Below, piece by piece: positions 38,368 through 50,830 of a stretch of 64,000 nt of DNA (positions are counted from its first letter, which is position 1; every line of letters starts with the position of its first letter). Below the pieces are notes generated by a model that saw only the letters and a list, made by a program, of their open reading frames with translations, was not told where the DNA came from and made no database searches. Origin of the DNA: Schmidtea nova (Eukaryota); contig CM097882.1 of the NCBI GenBank assembly GCA_044892505.1, positions 2,170,001 to 2,234,000 of the forward strand, read 5' to 3'. A program made the translations under genes and the position numbers.

Positions 38368-40295
38368 CCCATTAAGGACCACTGGCATATTTTGAGATCA
38401 CTTTAAAACCCTATGAGTGTTCTATGAAATAATGAATATTTTTTACTTTAATCAGCTTTTATTTATTGATCAACAATAATTTTTATTTTTTAACCTTGAA
38501 AGTAAATTTTTATTTCATGATTTGACTTTGTTTTACAATGCTAAAGTTGGCCATTTTATGAAAAAACTGTGTTGTTCTTTGCAAGTAAGATCTATCAGAA
38601 ATTATTTAAAATAATAAAAACCCGAAAACATTTACGATCATAGAATATTATCAGTGTAATAAACATATGAAACATGAGTAGTTTTGTTAAATGGTATTTC
38701 CATAGCGCTAAAGCTGTGTGATCTCGTTTGAGATCACTGGTCCTCTGCATGAATAATTTTAATCTAGTGGCATATTTTGAGATCACTTCAAAACCATTTG
38801 AGTGTTCTATGAAATAATAAATATTTTTAACTAGAAACAGCTTCTACTTATTAATGAACAATATTTTTAGCTTTTACACCTTGACACTAAGGTAAAGTGA
38901 CCTAAAGTGACCTAAATACTATGCCCCGAGCACAGTTCATGCAAATAAAGAAGCATCTCCACTTCAATAATAACGCAAAGCTCTCACAATCGTCGAAACG
39001 AAATTTCAAAGTCAAACCTTTGTACGACATTTTGAATAAAAACTTTCTACAGTTTCAATTTATGCACGAAATGTTGTCTGTGGATGAGCAAATTGTGAAA
39101 TACTACATCCCCTGAAGCAATTTATTGCTAACAAACCAATTCGACTTGGCCTGAAAAATTGGCTTTTGTGCAGCTCATCAGGATATTGATATCAATTCAA
39201 TAATTATTGTGGGAAAGATGGTAGGAAAAAGACTAACGTCCCTCTTGGTCTGAAAGTAGTGCTACATTTTGCAAAGCTGCTTACCGAACATGCACAACAT
39301 ATTCTGTTCTTTGATAATTTCTTTTCATCTTATCCATTATTTGTTCAATTAAAAGAAAAGATTATGCCAGCTATTGGGTCATGTAGAGAAAACAGACTAA
39401 TGAAGTGTCCACTGAAAACGGAGAAGGAGTTAAACCAAGCCAGACGTGGCAGTGTCGACTTTCAGTTTGATGAAAGGAACCAAATCCAGGTTGTGAAATG
39501 GATGGACAATAAAGCAGTTGTTATTTCTTCACATTTTTGTTCTGCAAATATTGACGGAACAGTTGTACGCTGAAAAAAACGAGAAGGCTCGGTTGACGTT
39601 CCCATACCAGCTTTGATTCGACACTTCAACCAAGGAATGGGTGGTGTGGATTTGACAGACAATGCAGTGAACTGTTACAAAATATCTATCACTTCTAAAA
39701 AATGGTATTGGTCACTTGTAATGAATGCTCTATAAATGTGTGTCACAAATGCTTGGCATTTACACAACATGGTACATGGTAATAAGACTCCACTTCTGAA
39801 TTTTACCAGAGCTATAGCCATGGCATACAATATCAATCTGTGAAGAGAGGGGCACATCTACCAAGCAATTTTATACAGTGAGGTGAGAAATTCCTTTATG
39901 CATTAGAATATTGCCATGTTGTATGTGAATGACATTTGTTATTTTAGATATGATGGCAATCGTCACTTCATGGCCAGAAGAGAAGAGCAAAGACGATGTC
40001 AAGGCGAGAACTGCAGCAGTAGACCCCGATCCTACTGTAAAAAATGCAATGTAACTTTGTGTTAAACTTGTTTTGAAACTATCATGTTTTTTGAGTGAAA
40101 CATATATTTTTCACTTTCTACCCGTTTCCTACATATAAAGGACCACTGATCTCATTTGAGATCAGCAAGTTTGACCCACATAGGGTGAATAGAATTCGAT
40201 GAACTTTTGGTTTTCCATAGTCGATGAGAAACCTCATTAAAAGACATCAAGACATACAATGAATTAAACCCTAACTTATAACGGTTCTTAATGGG
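38368..40295 (+). mobile_element. piggyBac-like element (copy 2), transposase 5' part deleted
   Basis: Same TIRs and TTAA; ~0.7 kb shorter than copy 1. Confidence 0.9.
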
Positions 40296-40886
40296 TTAAA
40301 ATAATTTGCAAAATTTTATTTATATATGAGTTATTAATTTTTAAAATTATTTATTTAAAATAGTTTAATTTTAACAAAACTAATTTTATCAGTCAATTTA
40401 ATCAATAAATCAATACATCCATGCTAAAATCCAAACTATTTAAAAACATTCAAAATACACGTGTTCGCTGCATTCTGCACATTATTATTTAGATCCAAAA
40501 CTCTTATCAAAAAGGCTTACTATATGTTGAAGATATCTTAATAATATCATTCGGGGAAGAAGACTGCAAAGCAAAAGTTTAAGAAATGAGAGTATAATTG
40601 CAAACAATAAAGAAATCAAACAATGAAATAAATGAAGATCATTGTTAATTAATAAATACAATAGGGAAAAAAAGAATTCAAAATTGAAAACAAAAACAAG
40701 AGACAGCTTACCAGATATGACAAGAGCGCAGAAGAAAAATTGAAAAAACAAAAAGGAAAGAATGGTATATCTTGACAGCTGTCAGAAATAATGCAGACGT
40801 AATGAATAAAGTAAGGAATATTATAGAGGCAAAGAAATGGGAAATATGTACAATATAATTAGTTGGTGTTTATCTATAAATAATAC

Positions 40887-40917
<31 letters not shown>

Positions 40918-41084
40918 AATAAATGTGTTAAATCATGATTTACAAAATTTTAGTAATTTTTATTTCCATAAATCATAAATCTCTGGATTAAATGGGAAAA
41001 GCGTGACTTAAAAATATTTGGAAAAAAATTAATAACGTTCACTGGTATATATAAGTGCTAATGAGACGGGACATTTATTCAGAA

Positions 41085-41894
41085 ATGGATTGGTTAAAAA
41101 CAATTGTTTTTGTTTTTGTTTTTTATGAAATATCTGCTTTTGACTCCTTTAACACAGTTGGTGAAACGCTAACTGATTCTGATACCCCTAGCCTGGGTTC
41201 TCATATCTTACATACAACTTATGTTGATGAGGACAGCGGAGTAAATGGTCTTTCTAATATTCCATATAAAGGGACATCGGAGAACGGAAAAATAGACGAG
41301 ATAGAGAAAGAATTTCAGTCTGATGGAAATTCAGATAATCTTCATGTGGACACTGAACGCGGAAATAACGATTTAGGAAATACGTATAATGTTATTGACA
41401 AAGGCGAATATCAAGTAGATGTTTCGGGAGATAATTACGACAATAATGAACCGAAAAAAGAATATCATGGTAATGCGCTGACATCAAATTACGGTGATAA
41501 TAATCACGCAGGTGAATATCGCGATGTAAATGATGGAACGACAAAAGTTTATTCTTATAATTACGGCGCACCTGAACATAGTGAGATATATGGTGATAGA
41601 GGATATAAGAAAGGTTTGAAATATAATAAAAGTATTTATGACAAGTGGAAAAAGCATCAAACTATTTTGAAACGAAAAAGACTCAGTAAAAAGATTGCGT
41701 TTTTGAAGAAAAAAATTCATGTATTTGGTAGAGGCTACGGTAGAAATGGCATAAAGAAACCTTATGGAATAAGACACATTCGAAAACTGGGGAAATATAT
41801 TCATCAGAAGGTGCACGGTCCATATGGCCATGTCAAAGACATAAACAAGTACGGGCCCACCAAGCATGCTGCTCACAAGAAACGTTATTATTAG
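41085..41894 (+). CDS. Secreted acidic/basic protein (copy 2)
   Basis: Open 269-aa ORF; 15 substitutions versus copy 1 by manual alignment. Confidence 0.8.
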   Translation: MDWLKTIVFVFVFYEISAFDSFNTVGETLTDSDTPSLGSHILHTTYVDEDSGVNGLSNIPYKGTSENGKIDEIEKEFQSDGNSDNLHVDTERGNNDLGNTYNVIDKGEYQVDVSGDNYDNNEPKKEYHGNALTSNYGDNNHAGEYRDVNDGTTKVYSYNYGAPEHSEIYGDRGYKKGLKYNKSIYDKWKKHQTILKRKRLSKKIAFLKKKIHVFGRGYGRNGIKKPYGIRHIRKLGKYIHQKVHGPYGHVKDINKYGPTKHAAHKKRYY

Positions 41895-42091
41895 CTTAAT
41901 ACATTTTTCAGTTGATTTTATTTATTTGATTTTATTAACTTTTCTGACTATTTGAACTTTTATAAATTATTTTATATAAATTATATCAATTAATTTATAT
42001 TTATTAAATTATATTTTATTGTCTTAGTCTTATGTAAAAATACGTCAAGTAGAGTTAAATTCCTTTTATATTCGTTTTTGTTCATTTAGAT

Positions 42092-42750
42092 CACGGGTGT
42101 CCATCTTTTCAGATTCCCTGTGCCTCATTAAAAAAACGAGTTATATTGTGCCACATAAAATATACTAACCGTAAAGATAGCTGATGAACAAAAAACATAG
42201 AATATATATATATATATTTAGTTAACAATTTTAATTGATTTAAACTTCATTAATAATTGAAATCTTTTTATAATAAATAAAGAAATACCATTTTTTAAAA
42301 TATATTATAGCAATATATTTCGACAGCTCAGCTGTCATGATTAGTCTTTACACAATTTCCATTTCAATAAAAATTGATCTTCTTTATACGTTTATTAGTG
42401 AATACATGATCACATGTGCGCAATCCAATGAAACTTTTATTAACCCTAGTAAAATTAATTAAAAAATTTCAAAATGCATGTAAATGTTGCATTTGTATGT
42501 TTATTTTAGGATTAAAGGATATTATCATCAAAGCCTCACAATTCACACTTTCAAAATATTTTTTAAACACATATTATGAAATTGAATATATCAATTTTTT
42601 TCTTGCATGTCTTATTATGCTAAATAATATTACTCTTTCCACTCTTTCTGTCATGCTCTTGAACCCATGTACAGAGATGACAATCAGTCTCTCCAATGTA
42701 TGTGGCATTACTCCCATTACAAGGAAAATGATATATGAGATCTGAAATTA
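42092..42750. mobile_element. MER30-like hAT end (42092-42196) and Penelope GIY-YIG remnant (minus strand, ~42480-42750), third copy
   Basis: Diverged homologs of 468-572 and 850-1130. Confidence 0.6.
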
Positions 42751-43246
42751 ATATTTATTTGAAAGTTTTTAGGTTGTCTGTCATTGTCCGTCACTCATGG
42801 CACTTCGCCTTTGCCACTCCTGCCTCTGGAATTTTCCATTTTCTCTCTACAACTCCAATGTTTCCCCTAACAGTTCGACACTTGGGACAACTTGCTTTTT
42901 TTCCATTTCTGCTTCTGACATTTCCCAAAATTGTTAGAGTTCCCACGTTATCATTGACAGCTTTCAAGATACCGCTTTTGTTTTTGTTTTCCAATTTTGA
43001 AATTAATTTCTGTTTTCTTGCACTTATTAATTATTGACCTTTCTCCACTTTGTGGTGAGATTCTTTTCTTTTCTTATTCCTTCCTCATTTCAACTTTTAT
43101 TCTTCTTTTTTTCTTCTCCGAACTCCAGGATGCTATGCCAATTACCATATTGGTTTTCACTCAAGATATTAAAATTGTCTATTACATTATTTGCTATTTA
43201 GGTATCCTCAACAGTACCATAGAAGGGTCTGAATTTTATGGTAATC

Positions 43247-44069
43247 AGTAGGTAGATGTGTGGAGCCGGGAACAAAGACATTGTGTGGGTGGCTTGGGTG
43301 TGAAAAAAAGGAACAAAGACATACCCCCTCCATCTCCACCGGAAGGAGGGTATTTTTTACCAAATTTTTTTTTGGCGCCAAATTTTTTTTTCAAAATTTT
43401 TTTTCGCGATAAATTTTTTTTTCAAAATTTTTTTTCGCGCCAAATTTTTTTTCCACAAATTTTTTTCCACAAATTTTTTTTCCACAATTTTTTTTTACAT
43501 AAACTATTTTTTTCAAATTATTTTTTTGACAAATTTTATTACACATATTTTTTTACACGAATTTTTTTCAAAATTTTTTTATGACTCATCCTTATGACTC
43601 ACTATTATGACACATTGATGACTTACCCTTATGACTCGTCGTTGACTCACCAATATGACTCATCGATGACTCATCGATGACTCACCCTTGTGACTCACAC
43701 CATGACTCATTAAAAATTTTTAAAAAAGTCACGTCATTGATAACTCATTTCAATTTTAAATAATTTTTTTAAAATTTTAAAAGTACAAATATCAAGGTTA
43801 AATTTTGTGTCGTTCCCTAATCATAGAAGTGACGCACACAGTGCAATGACGCACACGATGGTTACATTTTTTAAGTTGGCCGATCGAAAAAATTAAATTT
43901 GGACCAAAAATTTAAAAAATTTCAAGTACCAATTGTATCATTCGAACCGCCACCGCTATATCAACACTATGATATATAATTTCATACCGGGGGGTATGTA
44001 TTTGTTCTTTTTTCACACCCACGCTACCCACGCAATGTCTTTGTTCCCGGCTCCACACATCTACCTACT
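43247..44069. mobile_element. 823-bp Polinton-type miniature element with ~80-bp TIRs
   Basis: AGTAGGTAGATGTGTGGAGCCGGGAACAAAGACATTG at both ends in inverted orientation; flanks GTAATC / CTTCTG do not form a TSD. Confidence 0.75.
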
Positions 44070-44149
44070 CTTCTGTTTTTTTTCTAACGAGGATTTTGGC
44101 ACCTTATTCTAGTCTGATCAGGTTTTAAGTATAACAATGAATAGGCAGA

Positions 44150-45250
44150 ATTTAATTCTCTACAAGATGGCTGTATTCAAACTATTGTGTGTTGTGTTGT
44201 GCACACGTGCTTTGTTATTAATTTTTATATTTAACCTATATAAAATAATTTTCTTGTATTTTCATTGTAACATTGTATGTATAAAATTTAAATATCTACA
44301 AAATGGCTTGATTGAAAATTTAGTGTGTTGGTGTGTTTTTACACGCTTGTTTGCACTTAAATTTGCATTTTTCATATATATAAATTAATTTTAATGAGTT
44401 TTAATTGTAATAATGTATAGATAAAATTTTATTTCCTATAAAATGGCTTGATTAGAAATTTGAAAGTTATCGTATTTTGTGATGCACGCGTGTTTTGTTA
44501 TTAATCTTTGCATTTTTAAACTATAAAAAGTAATTTTAGTGAGTTTTCATTTTAGTATGTATAAAATTTACTTTCCTATAAAATTGATTGATTAAAAAAT
44601 TTAAAAGTTGCCGCTTTTCGTGTTGCACACATGTTTCGTAATTAATTTTGCATTTTTCATCTATGTAAAATTACTTTTTTAAGTTTTCATTGTAATATTG
44701 TAGATATAAAATTTATTAGAAAATGAGTTGATTCAAAATTATGTATATCGATATGTTTGTAATGCACACGTGTTTTGTAATTAAATTTGTATATTTCACC
44801 TATTAAAAATACCTTTATTGAGTTTTCATTATAATAATGTATATATAAAATTTGAATGTCTATCAAATGGATTGATTAAAAATATTAAAGTTGCTGCTTT
44901 TCGTGTTGCACACATGTTTTGTAACTAACTTTGCATCTAAATAAGATTACTTTGTTAAGTTTTCATTATAATATTGTACATATAAAAATTTATTACAAAA
45001 TGTCTTGATTGAAAATTTAGTATGTTGATGTGCTTCTATTACATATGTGTTTTGTAACTAAGTTTGTATATTAAACCTATAATTGTATTGAGATTTTATA
45101 GTGATAAAGCAAAGATAAAGTTCAAATTCCTTTAAATGACTTGATTAAAATGTTAAAAGTCGCTGTTTTTTAATGTTTCAAACTCGTTTTATATTAAAAT
45201 AATGAATATTTTGGCTATTTAGCATAGATTTATTGAATATTTATTGTAAT
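44150..45250. repeat. Degenerate ~140-bp satellite, about 8 units
   Basis: AAATGGCTTGATT-like anchor near 44165, 44301, 44441, 44581, 44720, 44866, 44999, 45135. Confidence 0.65.
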
Positions 45251-45548
45251 CATGTATAGATCGAATTTAATTTTTTATCGGATACTAAATATATAAATGT
45301 TTGTGTGTGTTATTGTCAATTCTAATGTATTTTATCAAAAGTAATTACAATAATTTTTATAATTGAAGTAATTACTGTAATATAATTTAGATGTAATTCA
45401 TTCAAATATTTGATCTTATTTATTGTAATAATATGACGCGTATGAAATTTATTGAAATATTTTATAACTAATGTAAAATGTAATTTGGTGAAATAATAAG
45501 ATGTTAACTAAATAATATCGCCAAATCGTCTTTTAAAAAATTATTTAG

Positions 45549-47048
45549 TCCACGGTCACAGAACTTTGAAGCTTTCTCGGAACTGTAAACTTCTGCCACA
45601 GATTTATCCCAAACTCGTCCCACATTACCGCACCACTATCAGCACTCAATCACAACCTAGCTTCCACACCACCCTCCAAGAAGGACATTTTCAGGTTCAA
45701 AGACTCCCATAAACTCATCGACGGCGTACATTATGATACATCCTTTAACAACACTCTGCGCCCCATACTACACGAATCACTGCGAAAAGAAGCTTTTCTC
45801 GCTGTCCATAACCTACATCACCCCGGCATTAAATCCACTTACGCACTACTCCGCCAGAAAGTAACCTAGTACGCCCTATTCAAAGATGTCAAACAATGGG
45901 TAAATGAGTGCCAAGGCTGCCAACAACATTAAGTTAGTAAGCACGTCAAACTACCACTCACCCCTTTTCCCACCGGCTCCCGCTTCGACATTCTGCACAT
46001 TGACCTAGTAGGACCCCTCCCAGCAGACGACGGTTTTTCCTTCATCCTTACCATGATAGATGGTAAGACACGTTGGTTTGAAGTAGTCCCTATACCCAAT
46101 ATCACGGCACCAACTGTCACAAACTTCCTGGCCTTGACCTGGTTCTCCCAATACGGGATCCCCACAATCATTATAACAGACTAAAGCCACCAGTTCGAAT
46201 CAGAACTATTTAAATATATTACAAACGCCCTTAACATTAAACACTTGTAAACCTCGGCATATCATCCGCAGACGAACGGCCTCATCGAACACACTCACCA
46301 CAACATCAAAACCTCACGTCGAATCCTCGCATCTTCCTCCGGCTGGACCAAATCTCTGCTGTTCGTACTGCTCGAATGGCACAACACACCCAATCGCTCA
46401 AGAGGAGTATGTCCGGCACAATTCCTATTCGGCTCCAATACACGCATGCCATCAGAGCTCATAGAGACAGACTCTGAATCATCCTTACAACAAATAAATC
46501 AGGCCCATTGCCACTTCTTTGCCTTAGACTCCAACCCGTCCTTCACATACTCACCCTCTTATAAACCCTACATGCCAAATACACTTACCTCAGCATCACA
46601 CGCCTGGTTGAAATGCATTGATTCCACTAACTTGAAGTCCCGGTAAAAAGGTTCCTTCCCCGTCATCAAACTATATAAAAACACTGCCCAACTGCACATC
46701 GACGGCGCATCACACATCATAAGCCTGAACCACTTAAAACCTGCTTTTGTAATAGATGATAAAAAAAATCAACTTCCCTTGCACCACCCATCCGACGAAG
46801 ATTTAGTCGAAGACCCCCAATATGACCCAAGCTCCGAGGTTCCCCAATCCCTATCCATTCCACAGGCCGAACCATTTCGCGATATATCTTCACACAACCG
46901 CATCCGCCGTCCTCCACCGTATCTCGCAGACTACCATCTCGATTTCCACTTCGACCATTGATTACTCTTTATCGTCTTTCCCATACGCTCCGCGTACTTC
47001 GGTAGGGGCTATTGTAGTGCCTCCGTCATATATATTTATTTTATATTT
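45549..47048 (+). mobile_element. Ty3/Gypsy pol 3' fragment (RT end, integrase pseudogene), polypurine tract and start of 3' LTR
   Basis: FLGTVNFCHRFIP; HNLHHPG..CQGCQ; HIDLVGPLP; AYHPQTNGLIE; in-frame stops; GGTAGGGG then TGTAGT at 47013; N gap follows. Confidence 0.85.
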
Positions 47049-48199
47049 NNNNNNNNNNNNNNNNNNNNNNNNNNNNNNNNNNNNNNNNNNNNNNNNNNNN
47101 NNNNNNNNNNNNNNNNNNNNNNNNNNNNNNNNNNNNNNNNNNNNNNNNNNNNNNNNNNNNNNNNNNNNNNNNNNNNNNAAAATTTTGTTTAAAAGAAGAA
47201 AAGACAGATTTGATTTGAATTTAATTATAAAAACGCAGAAAATTTACTACGCACAGAATTTAATTTTAAAAATGCAGAAAATTTTCAACGCAGAAGAATT
47301 GAAATTTACAACGCAAAATTGAAACTTATAACGCAGAAAATTTCAACAAGGTGAGCTCCGTTGCCGAAACTACTTGTCACTAAATACTCTCTTTTGAGTT
47401 CTTGCTGTCGATAGAAGGACTTACGCATCTACTTTCTTTTCGGTCCTATCGCATGATTTTCCACCTAACGATCTATTACTTTCCGATATCAACAATATTG
47501 GTGGGTTGTTGATCGTCAATATGACCTTGACCTTGTTATGGCTCACATCAACAACTCAACACATAAAACATTAGATTAACCATCTTGTTGCCCGTCACAA
47601 TGTAACGTTGGTAATGCAACAAATGGTTGGGTATTCGCAATCAGTGAGCGTCGAAAATTCGAAACTATGATTGACCGAATATCTCCTGGGTCCAAGAGCT
47701 ACCGATAGAAAGTTTAATGCCCATTTTTGCCCCTTATGTAACATCAATTCTTAATCTGCTGCGAAAAATTAAACGATTATTATACGAAAGAAAACAACCA
47801 TATTGTCGTAATTTATCATGGAAGTCGAGTGCGAGTCACTATTGAGCGATTCAATTTACGTCAACGGGTGTGAGATGCGTTTATGATTACTGTAAAAATT
47901 TTGCAATTTGCTAATTTTCATGCAATATTCTCAAGCAAACCGTATCATCCATTATTGCCCTCATTTTAATAAACTACTCCAATAAAATACGTATAATTAA
48001 TTAAAACAAAACACAAATCTGTATATACTAACAATAAGATAAAAGAAATAAATAATATACGCAATATATACAACATTAGTTCTCATTGTCACTCTCCAAT
48101 CGACAAATCGATTGTTTCCACCGAGATTTTACGGAGCTGTCCAAGAAGTCATGCTTGCTGATGCCGTTTTCAACGGTCCCGAACTCCTTTGCTTGGACG

Positions 48200-48650
48200 C
48201 TATTTCTTCGGTCGAGTGGTTGTAGGTGTGACCGCTGTTTCCAAAGATTGGACATGCCCATTTGTCGGAGCGGGGAACAATTCTAGGCTTGGATATTCAC
48301 TCTTTGGCAAAACTGCCGCCAAAATTCCGGCATCGATTTTTAATTTCACTATCTCGGCATCCCGTTGCCTCAATTGCATTTTTACGGCCCGCAGTTGGAG
48401 TGCGTCCTTGGCCGCTTGGCCCTGTAGTAGCTGGATTTGTTTCCGTATCTTTTCGGTGCCCTCTACATTCGTCCAAGTGGACTCCACTTTTCGGCACCGA
48501 GAATTTTTCCATTCGCTCCGTCGTCCCTCAGAGTTCGCTATACAATAATTTTTTCTCTTCCTCCATCTCAAACACGCGGGCAGTTAGATGGCGCATGCTT
48601 CGATGGATTCCGGTCAGTTGCTCCGATATTTGCTCCAGCTTTGTTTCCAT
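48200..48650 (-). pseudogene. Disrupted coiled-coil ORF of unknown origin
   Basis: METKLEQISEQL... hits TGA after 40 codons; a frameshift links it to the 48200-48571 frame; GC-richer than flanks. Confidence 0.4.
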
Positions 48651-48950
48651 TTTTATCTAAACAGTTATATCGAAGTTAGAATTAATTAACCCTATCGTTG
48701 TAAATACTCAAAATTTTCCAAAAACAGTTAATAATGTACTAATTGTAATTCCAGAACAATACATCTATATCTATATCAATATAAATTTATTATTTAAAAA
48801 AAAATTTTTTTGTGGCATTCCAACATCAGTAATTTACATTGTTATGTTTGCAAATTAGTTATTTAAGTTGGTTAATTTTGACTAGTACTAGATGAGTGCT
48901 TGAGGATTTGTAAGTGCCCAAAAGAGTCTCCCAAAAATTATTGTGGGGAC

Positions 48951-49213
48951 AATTCTGCCCTCCTTATCAAATAGACCGTAACTGACAAAACTACAAAAAT
49001 CGAGTTAGAGGCGTCAACTGTATGCAGTTGCAATTAACCTTCATTCTGCTTAGCGATAAGACCGTATCTAGTCCGAGGCCTTAGAAATTTGATTACTTAC
49101 ATCGACCGTATCTGCTCATGGCGGTGGTATGGCAGAATTGAAAACACGTTTTGTTATTTATCTCCTAAGTGTATTTTTGCAGTTACGGTCTATTTGATAA
49201 GGAGGGCAGAATT
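48951..49213. mobile_element. 263-bp MITE with 34-bp TIRs
   Basis: AATTCTGCCCTCCTTATCAAATAGACCGTAACTG and its exact reverse complement. Confidence 0.8.
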
Positions 49214-49398
49214 GGGGTGCCTGTGTGTGTAATGTAGGATTTACTGTGATTAACAAAGATAATATTAAATAACGAATTAACAAATATCGAACTATAAACT
49301 ATATTTTTGGAAAACAAAAATGTTACTCACGTAGTACAGAGATGAAGTTTGATTTTCTTGTTATATTCTTATAAATCGAATTAGTTTATGTTTTCTTG

Positions 49399-49850
49399 TA
49401 TCCGGTATAACGATATTTTATAGAAAAATATTTGGTAGGAAAAAGATGTTGAAATTGACTTTGGTTGGGTTTCCTTTTATCCGGATATTATAACGATATT
49501 TTATAGAAAAGTATTTGGTAGGAAAAGGATGTTGAAGTTGACTTTGGTTGAGTTTCCTTTTATCCGGATACTATAACGATATTTTATAGAAAAATATTTG
49601 GTAGGAAAAAGATGTTGAAATTGACTTTGGTCAAGTTTCCTTTTATCCGGATACTATAACGATATTTTATAGAAAAGTATTTGGTAGGAAAAGGATGTTG
49701 AAGTTGACTTTGGTTGGGTTTCCTTTTATCCGGATATTATAACGATATTTTATAGAAAAGTATTTGGTAGGAAAATGGATGTTGGAATTGGCTTTGGTTG
49801 AGTTTCCTTTTATCCGGATATTATAACGATATTTGGTAGGAAAAGGATAT
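49399..49850. repeat. 83-bp minisatellite, ~5.5 copies
   Basis: TATCCGG anchors near 49399, 49478, 49561, 49644, 49727, 49811. Confidence 0.9.
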
Positions 49851-50429
49851 TCTTTAGAAATTTTCTTTTAATATTTGCAACAATTTACTTTTAACAATTT
49901 TAATAAAATTGTCCGTAATATTAAGTTTAAATTCAATTAATCAATTTTCTTAATTTTTTTGTTATTAGCCTTACTATATCTATTTGCTGTAGTAAGCTAA
50001 TTTAAAATTTTAAAATTCAAAATTTCTAATTTTTTATAAAACCCAAAAATAACAATTAACAACAAAAGGGGGGGGTCCTCGGTGACTGTGAGGGAGCCGA
50101 CCATAATAATGACGGCGCTTACAACAAAATATAAAAATAACAAAATTGTTAACATAATACAATTGTTGCCCAACATTTCTGTACATTACATACATCATGA
50201 CCCATTTACGGTGGACATAACAGATAAATAAACATAACAAAATCAAAAAAATCATTTGCACCGAGATTGTTAAAAATCTTTGAGGTTTTCTAAGGTAATT
50301 TCACACTTTGTGGTCACTAAGTTCTCGATTTTTCTCGAATTTTTCCAAGATCTCAAATGTTATCAAGTCAATCATTTCAGTCAATCACTATATATCCTGT
50401 TATCCTGAAAACAAAAGCAATTCGCACAT

Positions 50430-50830
50430 TTAGTTCATTCACAAAATCATCATCAAAGGGGTTATCACGATCTCAATTCAAGGATCAATTATTTCTTCAA
50501 AATCACATTTATTCGGGGGTATTTTATAGTCATTAACTTCATCCGAAATGTTAACATTTTCTTTCTGTTTATTAATTTAAAGCTCAAGTCATCCATAATA
50601 ATATCCTAACACTATTGTCTATCTTGCTTTTTAGTTCATTCACAAAATCATCATCAAAGGGGTTATCACGATCTCAATTCAAGGATCAATTATTTCTTCA
50701 AAATCACATTTATTCGGGGGTATTTTATAGTCATTAACTTCATCCGAAATGTTAACATTTTCTTTCTGTTTATTAATTTAAAGCTCAAGTCATCCATAAT
50801 AATATCCTAACACTATTGTCTATCTTGCTT
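50430..50830. repeat. Perfect ~200-bp direct tandem duplication
   Basis: 50430-50630 repeated from 50631. Confidence 0.9.

Noticed and set aside
48086-48679. Several plus-strand ORFs
   Set aside because: Antisense shadows of the GC-richer minus-strand pseudogene
49399-49850. CRISPR-like regular spacing
   Set aside because: Whole units repeat with no unique spacers; eukaryotic context; no cas genes
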